Position numbers and translations under genes: made by a program. The notes beneath the pieces are model-generated. The model worked only from the letters and a program-made list of their open reading frames with translations. It had not been told where the DNA came from and searched no databases. From an uncultured Dictyoglomota bacterium (GTDB taxonomy: Bacteria > Dictyoglomota > Dictyoglomia > Dictyoglomales > Dictyoglomaceae): a stretch of 64,000 bases of DNA. Of the stretch, positions 20,147 to 29,752 are shown in pieces (the stretch's first letter is position 1; every line of letters starts with the position of its first letter). Location of the stretch: the NCBI GenBank assembly GCA_964654465.1, contig CAZZIO010000022.1, positions 52,315 to 116,314 of the forward strand, read 5' to 3'.

Positions 20147-20341
20147 ATGGCTGAATGTAAAATACAGAATAATTTAAATAAATGTAATTGTACTTACGAG
20201 CCTTGCCCAAGAAAAGGTATTTGTTGTGAGTGTTTAGCATATCACAGAAGTCATGGAGAGCTTCCAGCATGTTATTTTCCTCCCGAAGTAGAAAGAACTT
20301 ATGACAGATCTATAAGAAGATTCATTTCTTTGTATAAATAG
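20147..20341 (+). CDS. Small Cys-rich protein (DUF6485-like, probably metal-binding)
   Basis: Strong SD AAGGAGGTG. 64 aa with 8 Cys in CxC-x4-C-x5-CCxC-x3-H..C. Confidence 0.75.
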   Translation: MAECKIQNNLNKCNCTYEPCPRKGICCECLAYHRSHGELPACYFPPEVERTYDRSIRRFISLYK

Positions 20342-20360
20342 GGAGGATTTAATCCTCCCT
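20340..20360. terminator. Hairpin between convergent genes
   Basis: AGGGAGGAT-tta-ATCCTCCCT followed by TTCTCCTTTT. Confidence 0.5.
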
Positions 20361-21272
20361 TTCTCCTTTTGGGTCAATATGAACCACAACATCTGAATTT
20401 TCAATATTTTTCTTTATAGAATCTTGAACCCTCAAAGCAATTTCATGAGCTTCTTTTGCGGTAAGATTATTTTCTACCTCGATATGTATAGTTATTACCT
20501 TTTGATTTTTATAATCATGCACTAATATATCGTGATAGTTTAAAACACCTGGTATAGAACATACAATACTTTCTATTTTCTTTATAAACTCCAATTTAGG
20601 GGCTTCTCCTATAAGAAAATTAGTAGAAGATTTAATCAAATCAAAACCAACTAAAAAAATTAATAACGAAACAATCAATCCTAAAATACCATCTAAGATA
20701 TACCATTCAAACATTGCAAAGACAAGACTAAGAGCCACAAGAATAGTAGCAATAGCATCACTTCGGTGATGCCATGCATCAGCAATTAGGGTTGATGAAT
20801 CAATCTTTTCTCCAAGAAAAATAGAAAATCTAGCCATCCATTCTTTAAAAATTGCAAAAATTATGAGTAATAGAAAAACCATAAGATTAAAACTAACTTT
20901 TTGAGAATGTAAAATTCTTTCAAAAGATTCTTTAGCAAGCTCAATTGCTACTATGATAAGAAGAATAGCTATTACAAGAGTGGCTATCTCTTCTATCCTA
21001 CCATGGCCAAAAGGATGTTCCTTATCAGCAGGTTTATTCCCTAATCTAAAGCCAAGGATAACGATGATAGAAGTTAAAACATCAGAAAGAGAATGAAAAG
21101 CATCAGCTATAAGAGCAATACTTCTTAAATATACACCAGAAAAGTATTTAAAGAGAAAAAAAATCAAATTACCTACCACACTTATCCAACCTTCTAAATA
21201 TCCTACATACCTTCTATCAACTTCTTTTTTAGAAAATATTTTTTCAAAAAGCCAGGCATTGAATTTCTTCAT
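20349..21272 (-). CDS. Cation diffusion facilitator (FieF/CzcD-family metal exporter)
   Basis: ADAFHSLSD, PADKEHPFGHGRIE, ADAWHHRSD and C-terminal HIEV..AH..VHIDP. Confidence 0.93.
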   Translation of the reverse strand: MKKFNAWLFEKIFSKKEVDRRYVGYLEGWISVVGNLIFFLFKYFSGVYLRSIALIADAFHSLSDVLTSIIVILGFRLGNKPADKEHPFGHGRIEEIATLVIAILLIIVAIELAKESFERILHSQKVSFNLMVFLLLIIFAIFKEWMARFSIFLGEKIDSSTLIADAWHHRSDAIATILVALSLVFAMFEWYILDGILGLIVSLLIFLVGFDLIKSSTNFLIGEAPKLEFIKKIESIVCSIPGVLNYHDILVHDYKNQKVITIHIEVENNLTAKEAHEIALRVQDSIKKNIENSDVVVHIDPKGERED

Positions 21273-21291
21273 TGTTTATCCTCCTAAAAAC

Positions 21292-21385
21292 AAAAATTCC
21301 TGCATTTCGCAGGAAGTCCCGCAAGCATATTAACAAAGCTTGCTGCCTTTAGATTACAAGGCCCGGCTTTATGGCCTGATCTTCC
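21292..21385 (-). ncRNA. czcD (NiCo) metal-sensing riboswitch with overlapping intrinsic terminator
   Basis: The minus strand reads GGAAGATCAGGC-cataaa-GCCGGGCCTT..AAGGCAGCAAGC..GCTTGCGGGACTTCC, a four-way junction with the CAGGC, GCCGGGC, GCAGC and GCGGGAC signatures. The terminator TTCCTGC-gaaat-GCAGGAA-TTTTT shares bases with P1. It lies upstream of a CDF gene. Confidence 0.88.
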
Positions 21386-21393
21386 TTAAAAGG

Positions 21394-21422
21394 ATTATAT
21401 AAGATAAATTTTTAAAAGTCAA
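21394..21422 (-). promoter_or_regulatory. Sigma70-type promoter TTGACT-17-TATAAT for the riboswitch-CDF transcript
   Basis: agtcaa at 21417-21422 and attata at 21394-21399. The predicted +1 falls just before P1. Confidence 0.8.
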
Positions 21423-21429
21423 AAAACAA

Positions 21430-22479
21430 TTAAAATTTGAATTTCTTAACTGCTTCTATTAAGGCTCTAATATTTTCTCCTGGTGTCCCTGGAGACACAC
21501 CTCCTCCAGCTGATAATATAATACCCTTTTTTTGACCATAATCTTTTAATATATTTTCAACACTTCTTTTTACATCTTCTTCTTTTCCTTTAACAAGGAT
21601 ATCAAGAGGTGGAACATTTCCCATAAGACATATTTTCCCTTGAGTCATTTCATAAACATCTTTTATATTTTGAAGATGAGTAAAATTAAAAATATTAATT
21701 CCTAAATCTGGTAAATACTTGTAAAAAACATTATTATTTGTATCATTATGATAAATCTTAACTGGGAAATCAAAAGTAGAGAATATCTTTTTCAAAGATG
21801 GATGTACAAATTCTAAATAATCACGTTCAGAGAAGAAACCCACTATATCATCTAACACCAATATCCCCTCTACCTCATGCAATATTTCTATCTGAGCAGT
21901 AAGAAAATCAATTACAAGTTCTGTTGTAATATCAATTAGCTTTTTAGCCTCTTCTGGATATAATTTTATAGATACTAAGAACTCAGTAACCCCCATTAAA
22001 TGAGACGCTACTGCAAAAGGTCCTCTTGCAGCTACAATTTTTATTGATTCACCCATACTATTTATTTTAGGTTCTACATATTTATATAATTCAAGTACAA
22101 GAGGCATTAGACCATCAGTTTTAGGATTTGGTTTTTTTACTCTCTTTAAAAATTCTGGAAGATCATCTGCAGAATATATAATTGGTTCTATACTTGGTGT
22201 AGAATTTTCATAGAAAATTATTTTTGATCCAAATCCTGAAGGCTCTTGTGCCATACCATATTCAACCCAAAAATCGGGTATAAAAATAACTTCGGAAAAC
22301 TGTTTTTTTATCTCCTTATAAGCCTCAATCCAAATCTCAGGAACAACATAAAACTGTAGATGAGAAATTCCCAAATATCCAGGAATCCATGGACTATCCA
22401 CAATCAGTGCTATAGGAATATCATCTTGTTCCTTAAACTGAACCGCTTTTAATAAAATATCCCAATCTTTTTCTTTCAT
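21430..22479 (-). CDS. UroD/MtaA-CmuA family protein (methyltransferase-like TIM barrel)
   Basis: GPFAVASHLMG, DD..GFFS..Y.EF..P, YHND, CLMGNVPP and ILSAGGGVSPGTP.ENI.A. It lacks the HemE N-terminal W.MRQAGR motif. Confidence 0.8.
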   Translation of the reverse strand: MKEKDWDILLKAVQFKEQDDIPIALIVDSPWIPGYLGISHLQFYVVPEIWIEAYKEIKKQFSEVIFIPDFWVEYGMAQEPSGFGSKIIFYENSTPSIEPIIYSADDLPEFLKRVKKPNPKTDGLMPLVLELYKYVEPKINSMGESIKIVAARGPFAVASHLMGVTEFLVSIKLYPEEAKKLIDITTELVIDFLTAQIEILHEVEGILVLDDIVGFFSERDYLEFVHPSLKKIFSTFDFPVKIYHNDTNNNVFYKYLPDLGINIFNFTHLQNIKDVYEMTQGKICLMGNVPPLDILVKGKEEDVKRSVENILKDYGQKKGIILSAGGGVSPGTPGENIRALIEAVKKFKF

Positions 22480-22492
22480 CTCATTCTCCCCC

Positions 22493-24541
22493 TTATGGAT
22501 ATATTTTCCTTCCCTTATCGTCGGGAATTCCAGTCTTTCTAAAGAAATAAGTATTTATAACATCTCTCCATTCCTTCGCATGTTCCAACTGCATTTCCAA
22601 TCTTTTAGAAACTCTTTCAAATATTTTATCATCAATTCTTTCTTTCAATTCATACCATTTTTCCTTAAGAACTTCTACTTCTTCTACCCCCTCAAAATGG
22701 AGGTCATATATTTGCTGTATAAGAGTTTTTCCAGATTTCAAAATAAATTTATATGGAACCCTGTGGAAGAAAAGAAGTAAGTCTTCTGGACATTTATTTA
22801 TATCATCATAAATCTCTCTCCAAGGAGAATGATATTGAAGAGTATAACCTGTTCCTTTTGAAGTTCTATCAATTCCTATAGCCTCATAATTTGCCCTATG
22901 ATATGTACCCCAACGAGAATACTCATAACCTTCAGGATTGGGTCCATAATGATACCCAGGATTCACCATCCAACCAAGTCCAAAAGGGGTTGTATACTTT
23001 TCATAAATTCTATGAGAATTTAACAACATATAAGAAATATTTTCTCTTACTTTGCTATCATCCCCAAATGTCAATTTTATCCAATCATCTACCACCTTAG
23101 CTATATCTCTATCTGGATTCCATGCTAATACTCCAAAAGTATAAAGATTCGCCTGAGCAAGATCATGTCCAGTCCAATTTGAACTATCTCCCACATTTGA
23201 TACTCCTGCAAAACCATTATATTTAGTCTCAAAAATTTTTCCTTTCAAAATCTCTTTAACTTTTGAGCCTTCACCTTTGGCATAAGTATCAAATTCTAAA
23301 ATTTCCTTCCACAATGTACCTAAATAACATAGATGAATTTGTTGCCCAGTATACTCTTGTGTTATTTGCAATTCTAAGATTTGATTAGTTTTTTCCATCC
23401 CCCCAAAAAGCGGTGATACAGGTTCCCTAACTTGAAAATCCATAGGTCCATATTTTATCTGAAGTACCACATTTTCATAAAAATTTCCATCTAAGGGCTT
23501 AAAGTTATCATAAGCTGCTCTAGCTCTATCTGTTTTATAATCTCTCCAGTCTTGCATACAATTATATACAAAGGTTCTCCATATCACATATCCCCCATAT
23601 GGTTCTAAGGCTTCTGCAAGCATATTCGCCCCATCTGCATGAGTTCTCCCATACATGTGGGGACCAGGGTTAAATTCAGAATCAGCTTTCACTAAAAAGC
23701 CTCCAAAATAAGGTATATAATCATAAATTTCTTCTGCTTTTGTCTTCCACCAAATGGAAACTCTTTTGTCTAAAGGATCAGCAGTAGAAAGACCGCCAAG
23801 ATAAATAGGAGAAGCAAAATTAATTGAAAGATAAATTTTTATTCCGTAATCCCAGAATATATTGGCAAGTCTTGAAAGAATCTTCAAATATTTATGGGTT
23901 ATAAGCTCTACTTCTTTTTTCTTCACATTTACATTATTTATTACAACACCATTTATACCAATGGAGGATAAAAGTCTAGCATAGTCCCTTGTCCTCTCAT
24001 TTATAATGATTTTGTTATCTTTAAAAAAAATGGAATTTCCTGCATACCCTCTTTCTACTGTTCCATCCAAATTATCCCAATGATTAATTATCCTAAAATA
24101 AGATGCAGGATTATCTACATGATTTAAATCATCTAATTTCTCACCTATTCTGAGATTTTCTATTAATTTAAAAACTGCATAAACCAAAGCCCTTTCATTT
24201 TTAGCAGTTATAATTAATATGTCTTTATCATTTTCCTTTATCCTCTTAAGTATAAAACCCTCATTATTTAATTTTCTTTCCCACATTTTAGCTTCTTTTA
24301 TAATATCTTTCATTTGATCGATTTTGCCAATCAAAATATACTTAGAAAAATCAAAGCTTCCTTTTATTACTCTCGGATTAATTTTAAAGGAATATTTTAT
24401 AAAGTGTTTAAGTTCCTTGATAGGGACCTCAAGAGATTTGTCATTATCTACAATACAAATAGTTCTAAATAAATCAAAATCTTTTATTTTTAAAGTTCTG
24501 TAATCCAACCAACACATATCATATGGCTTAACACTACTCAT
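22493..24541 (-). CDS. aguA: Alpha-glucuronidase, GH67
   Basis: [39 protein letters not shown] and QEYTGQQ. Confidence 0.96.
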   Translation of the reverse strand: MSSVKPYDMCWLDYRTLKIKDFDLFRTICIVDNDKSLEVPIKELKHFIKYSFKINPRVIKGSFDFSKYILIGKIDQMKDIIKEAKMWERKLNNEGFILKRIKENDKDILIITAKNERALVYAVFKLIENLRIGEKLDDLNHVDNPASYFRIINHWDNLDGTVERGYAGNSIFFKDNKIIINERTRDYARLLSSIGINGVVINNVNVKKKEVELITHKYLKILSRLANIFWDYGIKIYLSINFASPIYLGGLSTADPLDKRVSIWWKTKAEEIYDYIPYFGGFLVKADSEFNPGPHMYGRTHADGANMLAEALEPYGGYVIWRTFVYNCMQDWRDYKTDRARAAYDNFKPLDGNFYENVVLQIKYGPMDFQVREPVSPLFGGMEKTNQILELQITQEYTGQQIHLCYLGTLWKEILEFDTYAKGEGSKVKEILKGKIFETKYNGFAGVSNVGDSSNWTGHDLAQANLYTFGVLAWNPDRDIAKVVDDWIKLTFGDDSKVRENISYMLLNSHRIYEKYTTPFGLGWMVNPGYHYGPNPEGYEYSRWGTYHRANYEAIGIDRTSKGTGYTLQYHSPWREIYDDINKCPEDLLLFFHRVPYKFILKSGKTLIQQIYDLHFEGVEEVEVLKEKWYELKERIDDKIFERVSKRLEMQLEHAKEWRDVINTYFFRKTGIPDDKGRKIYP

Positions 24542-24568
24542 TATTTAACTCCCCTATCTTTTTTAAAA

Positions 24569-24591
24569 ATTATACCATAAAAAATGTTTGC
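24569..24591 (-). promoter_or_regulatory. Extended -10 promoter (TGGTATAAT) of aguA with possible operator GCAAACATTTT
   Basis: attatacca at 24569-24577. AAAATGTTTGC at 24581-24591 is 9/11 identical to the xylose-regulon motif. Confidence 0.45.
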
Positions 24592-24712
24592 ACAATGGTT
24601 TTCTAGATAAGAGATTTTATTAGTTTATTTTACTAAAAATTAGACCCTATACATATTTTTAAAAAAGTAGTAAAATAAATGTAAAATTTAAATGTAAGAG
24701 GTGAGTTTATAT

Positions 24713-25825
24713 ATGCCATTAAAAGTCACAAAGATAAATGATAATATTACTGTGATACAGACACCGGAACAGCCCTTTTTATCTAATTCATATCTTGTTT
24801 CTTTAAATGGAAAAGAAAGAGTGTACCTTCTAGTTGACCCAACACCCCAAGAATATTTTAAAGACTTAATCTTTACATTAAACGATCTTATAGGAGGAGT
24901 AGAAAATTTAGATTTAATCTACGTAAATCATCAGGATCCAGATGTTACATCATCCTTAGCACCTATAATGGATATGAATAAAAATGCTCTTCTTATTACA
25001 TCTGAAGATACATGGAGATTAATAAGATTTTATGGTATTCCTAGAGAAAGATTTCAAGCCATAGAATATTTCCCAAATAGAAAAGTAGTACTTAAAACCA
25101 ATGACACCTTAGAATTTATACATACACCCTTCTGCCACTTTAGAGGGGCTTGGATGCTATTTATTCCAGAGAAAAAAGCCCTCTTTTCAGGTGACCTTTT
25201 AGGAGGTCTATCTTCCAGAGAAGTTAATGGGGTATTTGCTACTGAAGATTCCTGGGAGGGAATCAAACTTTTTCATGAAATATATATGCCATCAAAAGAA
25301 GCCTTGAGACTTGCAATAGATAAAATAGGTAGGTTAACTCCTCTTCCCGATATTATACTTCCACAACATGGTGACATAATAAGAAAAAATTTAATTGTTG
25401 ATTTTTTAGCTAAACTCAACGATTTAGAAGTAGGTTTAGATTATATTAAGAAATATGAATCCCAACAACAATTTTACCTCTATGCCTTTAATGAGATTTT
25501 ACAAAATTTAAAGAATAACTATTCAGATAAAGAAAAATTAATGCAAAAACTGAAGGAGATTAACTCTTCTCCATTTTTCCCAGAATTAATACATTTTGAA
25601 AATGGAGTAGCAACAGAATTTAGAATCCAACCAGAAACAGCCATTGAATTGCTTTATGATAAATTTAGCGAGGATGCCCAACGAGAAGAAAGAGAAAGCT
25701 TAAGAATTGATATAATTAAAACTCTTAGAAAATATAATCTTGACATCCCTGAAGGTATATTATATGAAAGACAAAGAGTTTCTGAAAATCCATTTAGAAG
25801 AATCTTTAAAATATTCCAGAGGTGA
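24713..25825 (+). CDS. Metallo-beta-lactamase fold protein, ODP (oxygen-binding di-iron protein)-like, with a C-terminal helical extension
   Basis: NSYL..LLVDP, NHQDPD, PFCHFRGA, LFSGD, FHEIYMP and PQHG. No flavodoxin domain is recognisable. Confidence 0.75.
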   Translation: MPLKVTKINDNITVIQTPEQPFLSNSYLVSLNGKERVYLLVDPTPQEYFKDLIFTLNDLIGGVENLDLIYVNHQDPDVTSSLAPIMDMNKNALLITSEDTWRLIRFYGIPRERFQAIEYFPNRKVVLKTNDTLEFIHTPFCHFRGAWMLFIPEKKALFSGDLLGGLSSREVNGVFATEDSWEGIKLFHEIYMPSKEALRLAIDKIGRLTPLPDIILPQHGDIIRKNLIVDFLAKLNDLEVGLDYIKKYESQQQFYLYAFNEILQNLKNNYSDKEKLMQKLKEINSSPFFPELIHFENGVATEFRIQPETAIELLYDKFSEDAQREERESLRIDIIKTLRKYNLDIPEGILYERQRVSENPFRRIFKIFQR

Positions 25826-25830
25826 TATCA

Positions 25831-26031
25831 ATGCCTATATTTGAGTTTAAATGTGAAGAATGTGGAGAAAAATTTGAAAAACTTGTATATTCTAATGAAG
25901 AGATACGATGTCCTAAGTGTGGAAGTAAAAATCTAAAAAAACTTATATCTTTGTTTGCCACATCTGGAATTGAACAAGGATCATCAGGTTGTTCTTCCTG
26001 TTCAGGAGGAAATTGTAGCTCTTGCCATTAA
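25831..26031 (+). CDS. FmdB-family zinc-ribbon protein
   Basis: MPIFEFKCEECG..FE..CPKCGS..LIS.F plus a Cys/Ser-rich tail. SD GAGGTG. Confidence 0.85.
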   Translation: MPIFEFKCEECGEKFEKLVYSNEEIRCPKCGSKNLKKLISLFATSGIEQGSSGCSSCSGGNCSSCH

Positions 26032-26032
26032 G

Positions 26033-26062
26033 AAAGGGAGAGGCTGTTACCTCTCCCTTTTT
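26033..26062. terminator. Bidirectional terminator
   Basis: AAAGGGAGAGG-ctgtta-CCTCTCCCTTTTT between convergent genes. Confidence 0.8.
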
Positions 26063-27170
26063 ACATTCTAATTAATTCATAATCTCTACTTCCAAGTCCT
26101 ATTTCTTCTGCATATTTTATTTGCAAACTCCAATCTATATTAGGATGTATAGCTTTAATTTTATCTTCTCCAGGATTAAAATTATCTGTTAAAGCTGTAT
26201 CTTTTAGACCAATCTGTGAATTGATTAGGTCACAAGATGCCTGATCTATTGCAACTATATCCCAACTACCTAAAATTCCCACATCAGGAACAATATTAGC
26301 ATCATGCCAACTTGCACAATCACAATCTGGAGATACATCCATTACAAAATTTATAAAGGCATATTTTGGTTCTTTTTGTTTCAGCATTCCATAAGTAAAT
26401 TCTGCCATTTTCTCTTGTAATCCTATAGCAGATTCATTCCATAAAATTTTTATAGCGGATGTAGGACAAACAACTGCACATTCGCCACAACCTATACACA
26501 AATCAGGCCTTGTTAGCTTAGATTTCTTATTAACAAGTTCTAAGGCTCCAGTAGGACAGTGATTTACACATCTCTTACAGCCAATACAAAGGTTGGGGTT
26601 AGGATCAGGTTTAAATTGGGCATGTTGCATTTGTTTTCCTGATCTTGGTGCACACCCCATACCTACATTTTTTATTGCTCCACCCAATCCAGCACTCATA
26701 TGACCCTTAACATGAGTTAAAACTAAGAGAAAATCTGCATCATGTATAGCTCCTGCCACTTTTATCTTCTTAAAATGTTTTAAATTTACCTCTACTTCCT
26801 TATAATAATCCCCATAAATTCCATCAGCTATTATTATGGGGGCTCCTACAGAGGAATATCCAAAACCATTGTAAATGGCTGATTCTAAATGATCCACAGC
26901 ATTAGCTCTACCACCTTTATATAAAGTATTAGCATCAGTAAGAAAAGGTTTTCCTCCAAGCTCTCTTACAGCTTCCACCACCTGTCTAACAAATATAGGT
27001 CTTAAAAAGGCATGATTTCCTGGCTCTCCAAAATGAAGTTTTATAGCTACTATATCTCCCTTTGACATTCTTTCTTCTAAAAGCTTTTTAGCAAGTCTTT
27101 TTAATCTTCTCAGAACAGATTGATTTTCATTCTTTGCTCTTAGTGATAAAAAATATACAGGTGACTTCAT
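26061..27170 (-). CDS. DUF362 domain protein with a 2x[4Fe-4S] ferredoxin insert
   Basis: AIKLHFGE, HVKGH..GGAIKNVGMG, CIGCKRCVNHCP, CIGCGECAVVCP and PDCDC. Confidence 0.9.
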   Translation of the reverse strand: MKSPVYFLSLRAKNENQSVLRRLKRLAKKLLEERMSKGDIVAIKLHFGEPGNHAFLRPIFVRQVVEAVRELGGKPFLTDANTLYKGGRANAVDHLESAIYNGFGYSSVGAPIIIADGIYGDYYKEVEVNLKHFKKIKVAGAIHDADFLLVLTHVKGHMSAGLGGAIKNVGMGCAPRSGKQMQHAQFKPDPNPNLCIGCKRCVNHCPTGALELVNKKSKLTRPDLCIGCGECAVVCPTSAIKILWNESAIGLQEKMAEFTYGMLKQKEPKYAFINFVMDVSPDCDCASWHDANIVPDVGILGSWDIVAIDQASCDLINSQIGLKDTALTDNFNPGEDKIKAIHPNIDWSLQIKYAEEIGLGSRDYELIRM

Positions 27171-27721
27171 AAATTTTCCTCCTTTAATGCCTTAATAAAA
27201 AGATTTGGAATTTCATTATCTATACCAATGAAATGAATCTCATCGAAAACATTTGGATTATGCTTTATAAAATCAAGAACAGTATTTACAATAATTTTGG
27301 TGCCAAGCTCTGGTGGAAAACCAAAAATTCCGCAACTTATTGCAGGGATACTTATAGATTTAATACCCCTTTCTTTTGCAATCTCTAAGACACTTCTTAC
27401 TGCTTTTCGAAGCTTTTCTTGTTCATTTCCTTCTCCCCATCGAGGACCTACAGTATGGATAACATATTTTGTCTTCAAACTTCCACCAGATGTAACCATA
27501 GCTGATCCTACTGGAAGAGGTCCATATTTGGAAACATACTCATCGCTTTCCCTTTGTATTGTTTCACCACCTGCTTTAACTATAGCTCCTGCTACCCCAC
27601 CTCCATGTTTTAAATAGGAGTTCGCTGGATTAACTATAGCATCTAAATTTTCTTGAGTTATATCTCCTTTAACAACCTTTAACTTAACATCATTTATATC
27701 TTTTTCAAATAAAATTTCCAT
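27167..27721 (-). CDS. Macrodomain protein (ADP-ribose / O-acetyl-ADP-ribose hydrolase family)
   Basis: GDIT, AIVNPAN..HGGGVAGAI, VIHTVGP and PAISCGIFGFP. Confidence 0.92.
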   Translation of the reverse strand: MEILFEKDINDVKLKVVKGDITQENLDAIVNPANSYLKHGGGVAGAIVKAGGETIQRESDEYVSKYGPLPVGSAMVTSGGSLKTKYVIHTVGPRWGEGNEQEKLRKAVRSVLEIAKERGIKSISIPAISCGIFGFPPELGTKIIVNTVLDFIKHNPNVFDEIHFIGIDNEIPNLFIKALKEENL

Positions 27722-27808
27722 GCCCTTTCACCTCCCTCTCAGTTTATTTCTTGTTATTATAAACCGAAAAGAGAAGCAAAAGGGCATGAAAAAATTATTA
27801 TCTAAATA

Positions 27809-28762
27809 TTAGGTATAAAGACAACATTTAACAATTCTTCCATCTACCTCCACATCTGGTACTGGATTTTTACATTTATCCATTCTATATGGACATCTAC
27901 TTATAAATTTACAACCTTTCATTTGATATTCTTCTTCCTCTAAAGTAAGAATCTTAATATCCTTAGTCCATTTTTTCTTTGGATCTGGTTCTGGAATAGA
28001 TTCTTTAAGTAACATTGTATATGGATGCTTAGGATCTGTTAGTACTTTATCAACAGATCCCATTTCCACTATTTCACCTCTAAACATTATGGCGATCCTA
28101 TCACTAACATAATATGCTGTGGCAAGATCATGAGTAATATATAAAACACTTAACCCTATTTCTTTTTTAAGTTTTGCAAAGAGATTTACAATGGACATTC
28201 TCAAAGAAGCATCAACCATTGATACAGGCTCATCAGCCACAAGAAGAGTAGGATTAGTAAGTAAAGACCTGGCAATAGATATTCTTTGAAGCTGTCCTCC
28301 AGAAAACTCACTTGGATATTTATTTACCACGTCATTCCAAGTAAGTCCTACCAAATTTAATGCATTTTCTATCACTTCCTGATAATTACTATTTGCACCA
28401 AGATTTTTAGCAGTTTCTACAAGATAATTATGGACCATTCTTAATGGATTAAAAGTTTCAAATGGATTCTGAAAAACCGCTTGTACTTCTTTTCTAATAG
28501 ACTTCTTATCTTCCTTTTGAGATTCTATTATATTTTTTCCTTTGTATATTATCTTTCCAGATGTAGGTTCAAGAAATCCCAAAATAATCTTGGCAACTGT
28601 AGTCTTACCACTACCACTTTCTCCAGCAAGCGTAAAAATTTCAGATTCTTTAATATTAAAGGAGACATTATTAACAGCACTTATCTTCACTCGAGAAAAC
28701 ATAGAACCCAATGTAAAAATTTTTGTTAAATTCTCAACCCTTAATAGTATCTCTTTATTCAT
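27809..28762 (-). CDS. Opp-family ABC ATPase
   Basis: GESGSGKT, FSGGQLQR and DEPVSMVD. ATGA overlap with the upstream gene. Confidence 0.92.
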   Translation of the reverse strand: MNKEILLRVENLTKIFTLGSMFSRVKISAVNNVSFNIKESEIFTLAGESGSGKTTVAKIILGFLEPTSGKIIYKGKNIIESQKEDKKSIRKEVQAVFQNPFETFNPLRMVHNYLVETAKNLGANSNYQEVIENALNLVGLTWNDVVNKYPSEFSGGQLQRISIARSLLTNPTLLVADEPVSMVDASLRMSIVNLFAKLKKEIGLSVLYITHDLATAYYVSDRIAIMFRGEIVEMGSVDKVLTDPKHPYTMLLKESIPEPDPKKKWTKDIKILTLEEEEYQMKGCKFISRCPYRMDKCKNPVPDVEVDGRIVKCCLYT

Positions 28763-29748
28763 AGCTCTCTCTCCTTTGAATATAAAAAGCATGCTACTCT
28801 ATGTTCTGAATTTACACTTACAAATTCAGGTACATTAACTTTACATTCTTCCATAGCTTGACCACACCTTGGGTGAAATCTACAACCAGATGGTGGGTTT
28901 AAAAGGGATGGTGGTGCACCTGGAGCACTTACCCTATATGATTTATCTCCAATCTTGGGCAAAGCTCCTATAAGATATTTAGTATAAGGATGTAGTGGGC
29001 TCTCAAAAATCTCGGATGTAGGAGCCTCCTCTACAATCTTTCCAGCATACATTATAGCAATCCTATCAGATATACTTGCATGTACACCCATATCATGAGT
29101 AACAAGAATAACAGTGTTCTTCAAATTCTTTTGTATTTCTTTTAATAATTGAATCACTGCTCTTTGAGCCACTACATCCAAAGCAGTAGAAGGTTCATCA
29201 GCTACTATGATCTTCGGACTAAGAATAGTAGCAAGAGCTATTGTAACCCTTTGTCGCATACCCCCAGACAATTGGTGAGGATAAGCATCCAAAACCTTCG
29301 TGGGCAATCCTAGTAAAGCAAAATGCTCTTCTATATTTTTTCTCCAAGCACTTTTATCAGAAATATCAACATGAGAGCCAATAAAATCCCAAAAAGATTC
29401 AATTATTTTTACCACTGGATTTAATACACTCATTGATCCTTGAGGAATATATGAAATATAATTCCACCTTATACTCTCTAAGGACCCATTCGTAGAAAAA
29501 ATATTTTTATATTCATTATCTATTCTATAATAGACTTTTCCACCTACTACATTTAGTGGTGGCTCTACCATACCATAAAGAGTTTTAATAAGAGTACTCT
29601 TTCCACACCCTGATTCGCCAGCAATGCCATAAATTTCATTCTCTTTAATAGATATATTTATATTATCAACTGCTCTTACAGAATGAAGCTTACCCCCTAT
29701 ATCTAATAGATAATAAGCCTTTAAATTTTCTGCCTTTAAGATCTCCAT
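28759..29748 (-). CDS. Opp-family ABC ATPase
   Basis: [24 protein letters not shown] and GCRFHPRC. Confidence 0.92.
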   Translation of the reverse strand: MEILKAENLKAYYLLDIGGKLHSVRAVDNINISIKENEIYGIAGESGCGKSTLIKTLYGMVEPPLNVVGGKVYYRIDNEYKNIFSTNGSLESIRWNYISYIPQGSMSVLNPVVKIIESFWDFIGSHVDISDKSAWRKNIEEHFALLGLPTKVLDAYPHQLSGGMRQRVTIALATILSPKIIVADEPSTALDVVAQRAVIQLLKEIQKNLKNTVILVTHDMGVHASISDRIAIMYAGKIVEEAPTSEIFESPLHPYTKYLIGALPKIGDKSYRVSAPGAPPSLLNPPSGCRFHPRCGQAMEECKVNVPEFVSVNSEHRVACFLYSKEREL

Positions 29749-29752
29749 TTCA

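Noticed and set aside
21430-22479. Calling this gene hemE
   Set aside because: It lacks the RQAGR signature and has no tetrapyrrole-pathway neighbours.
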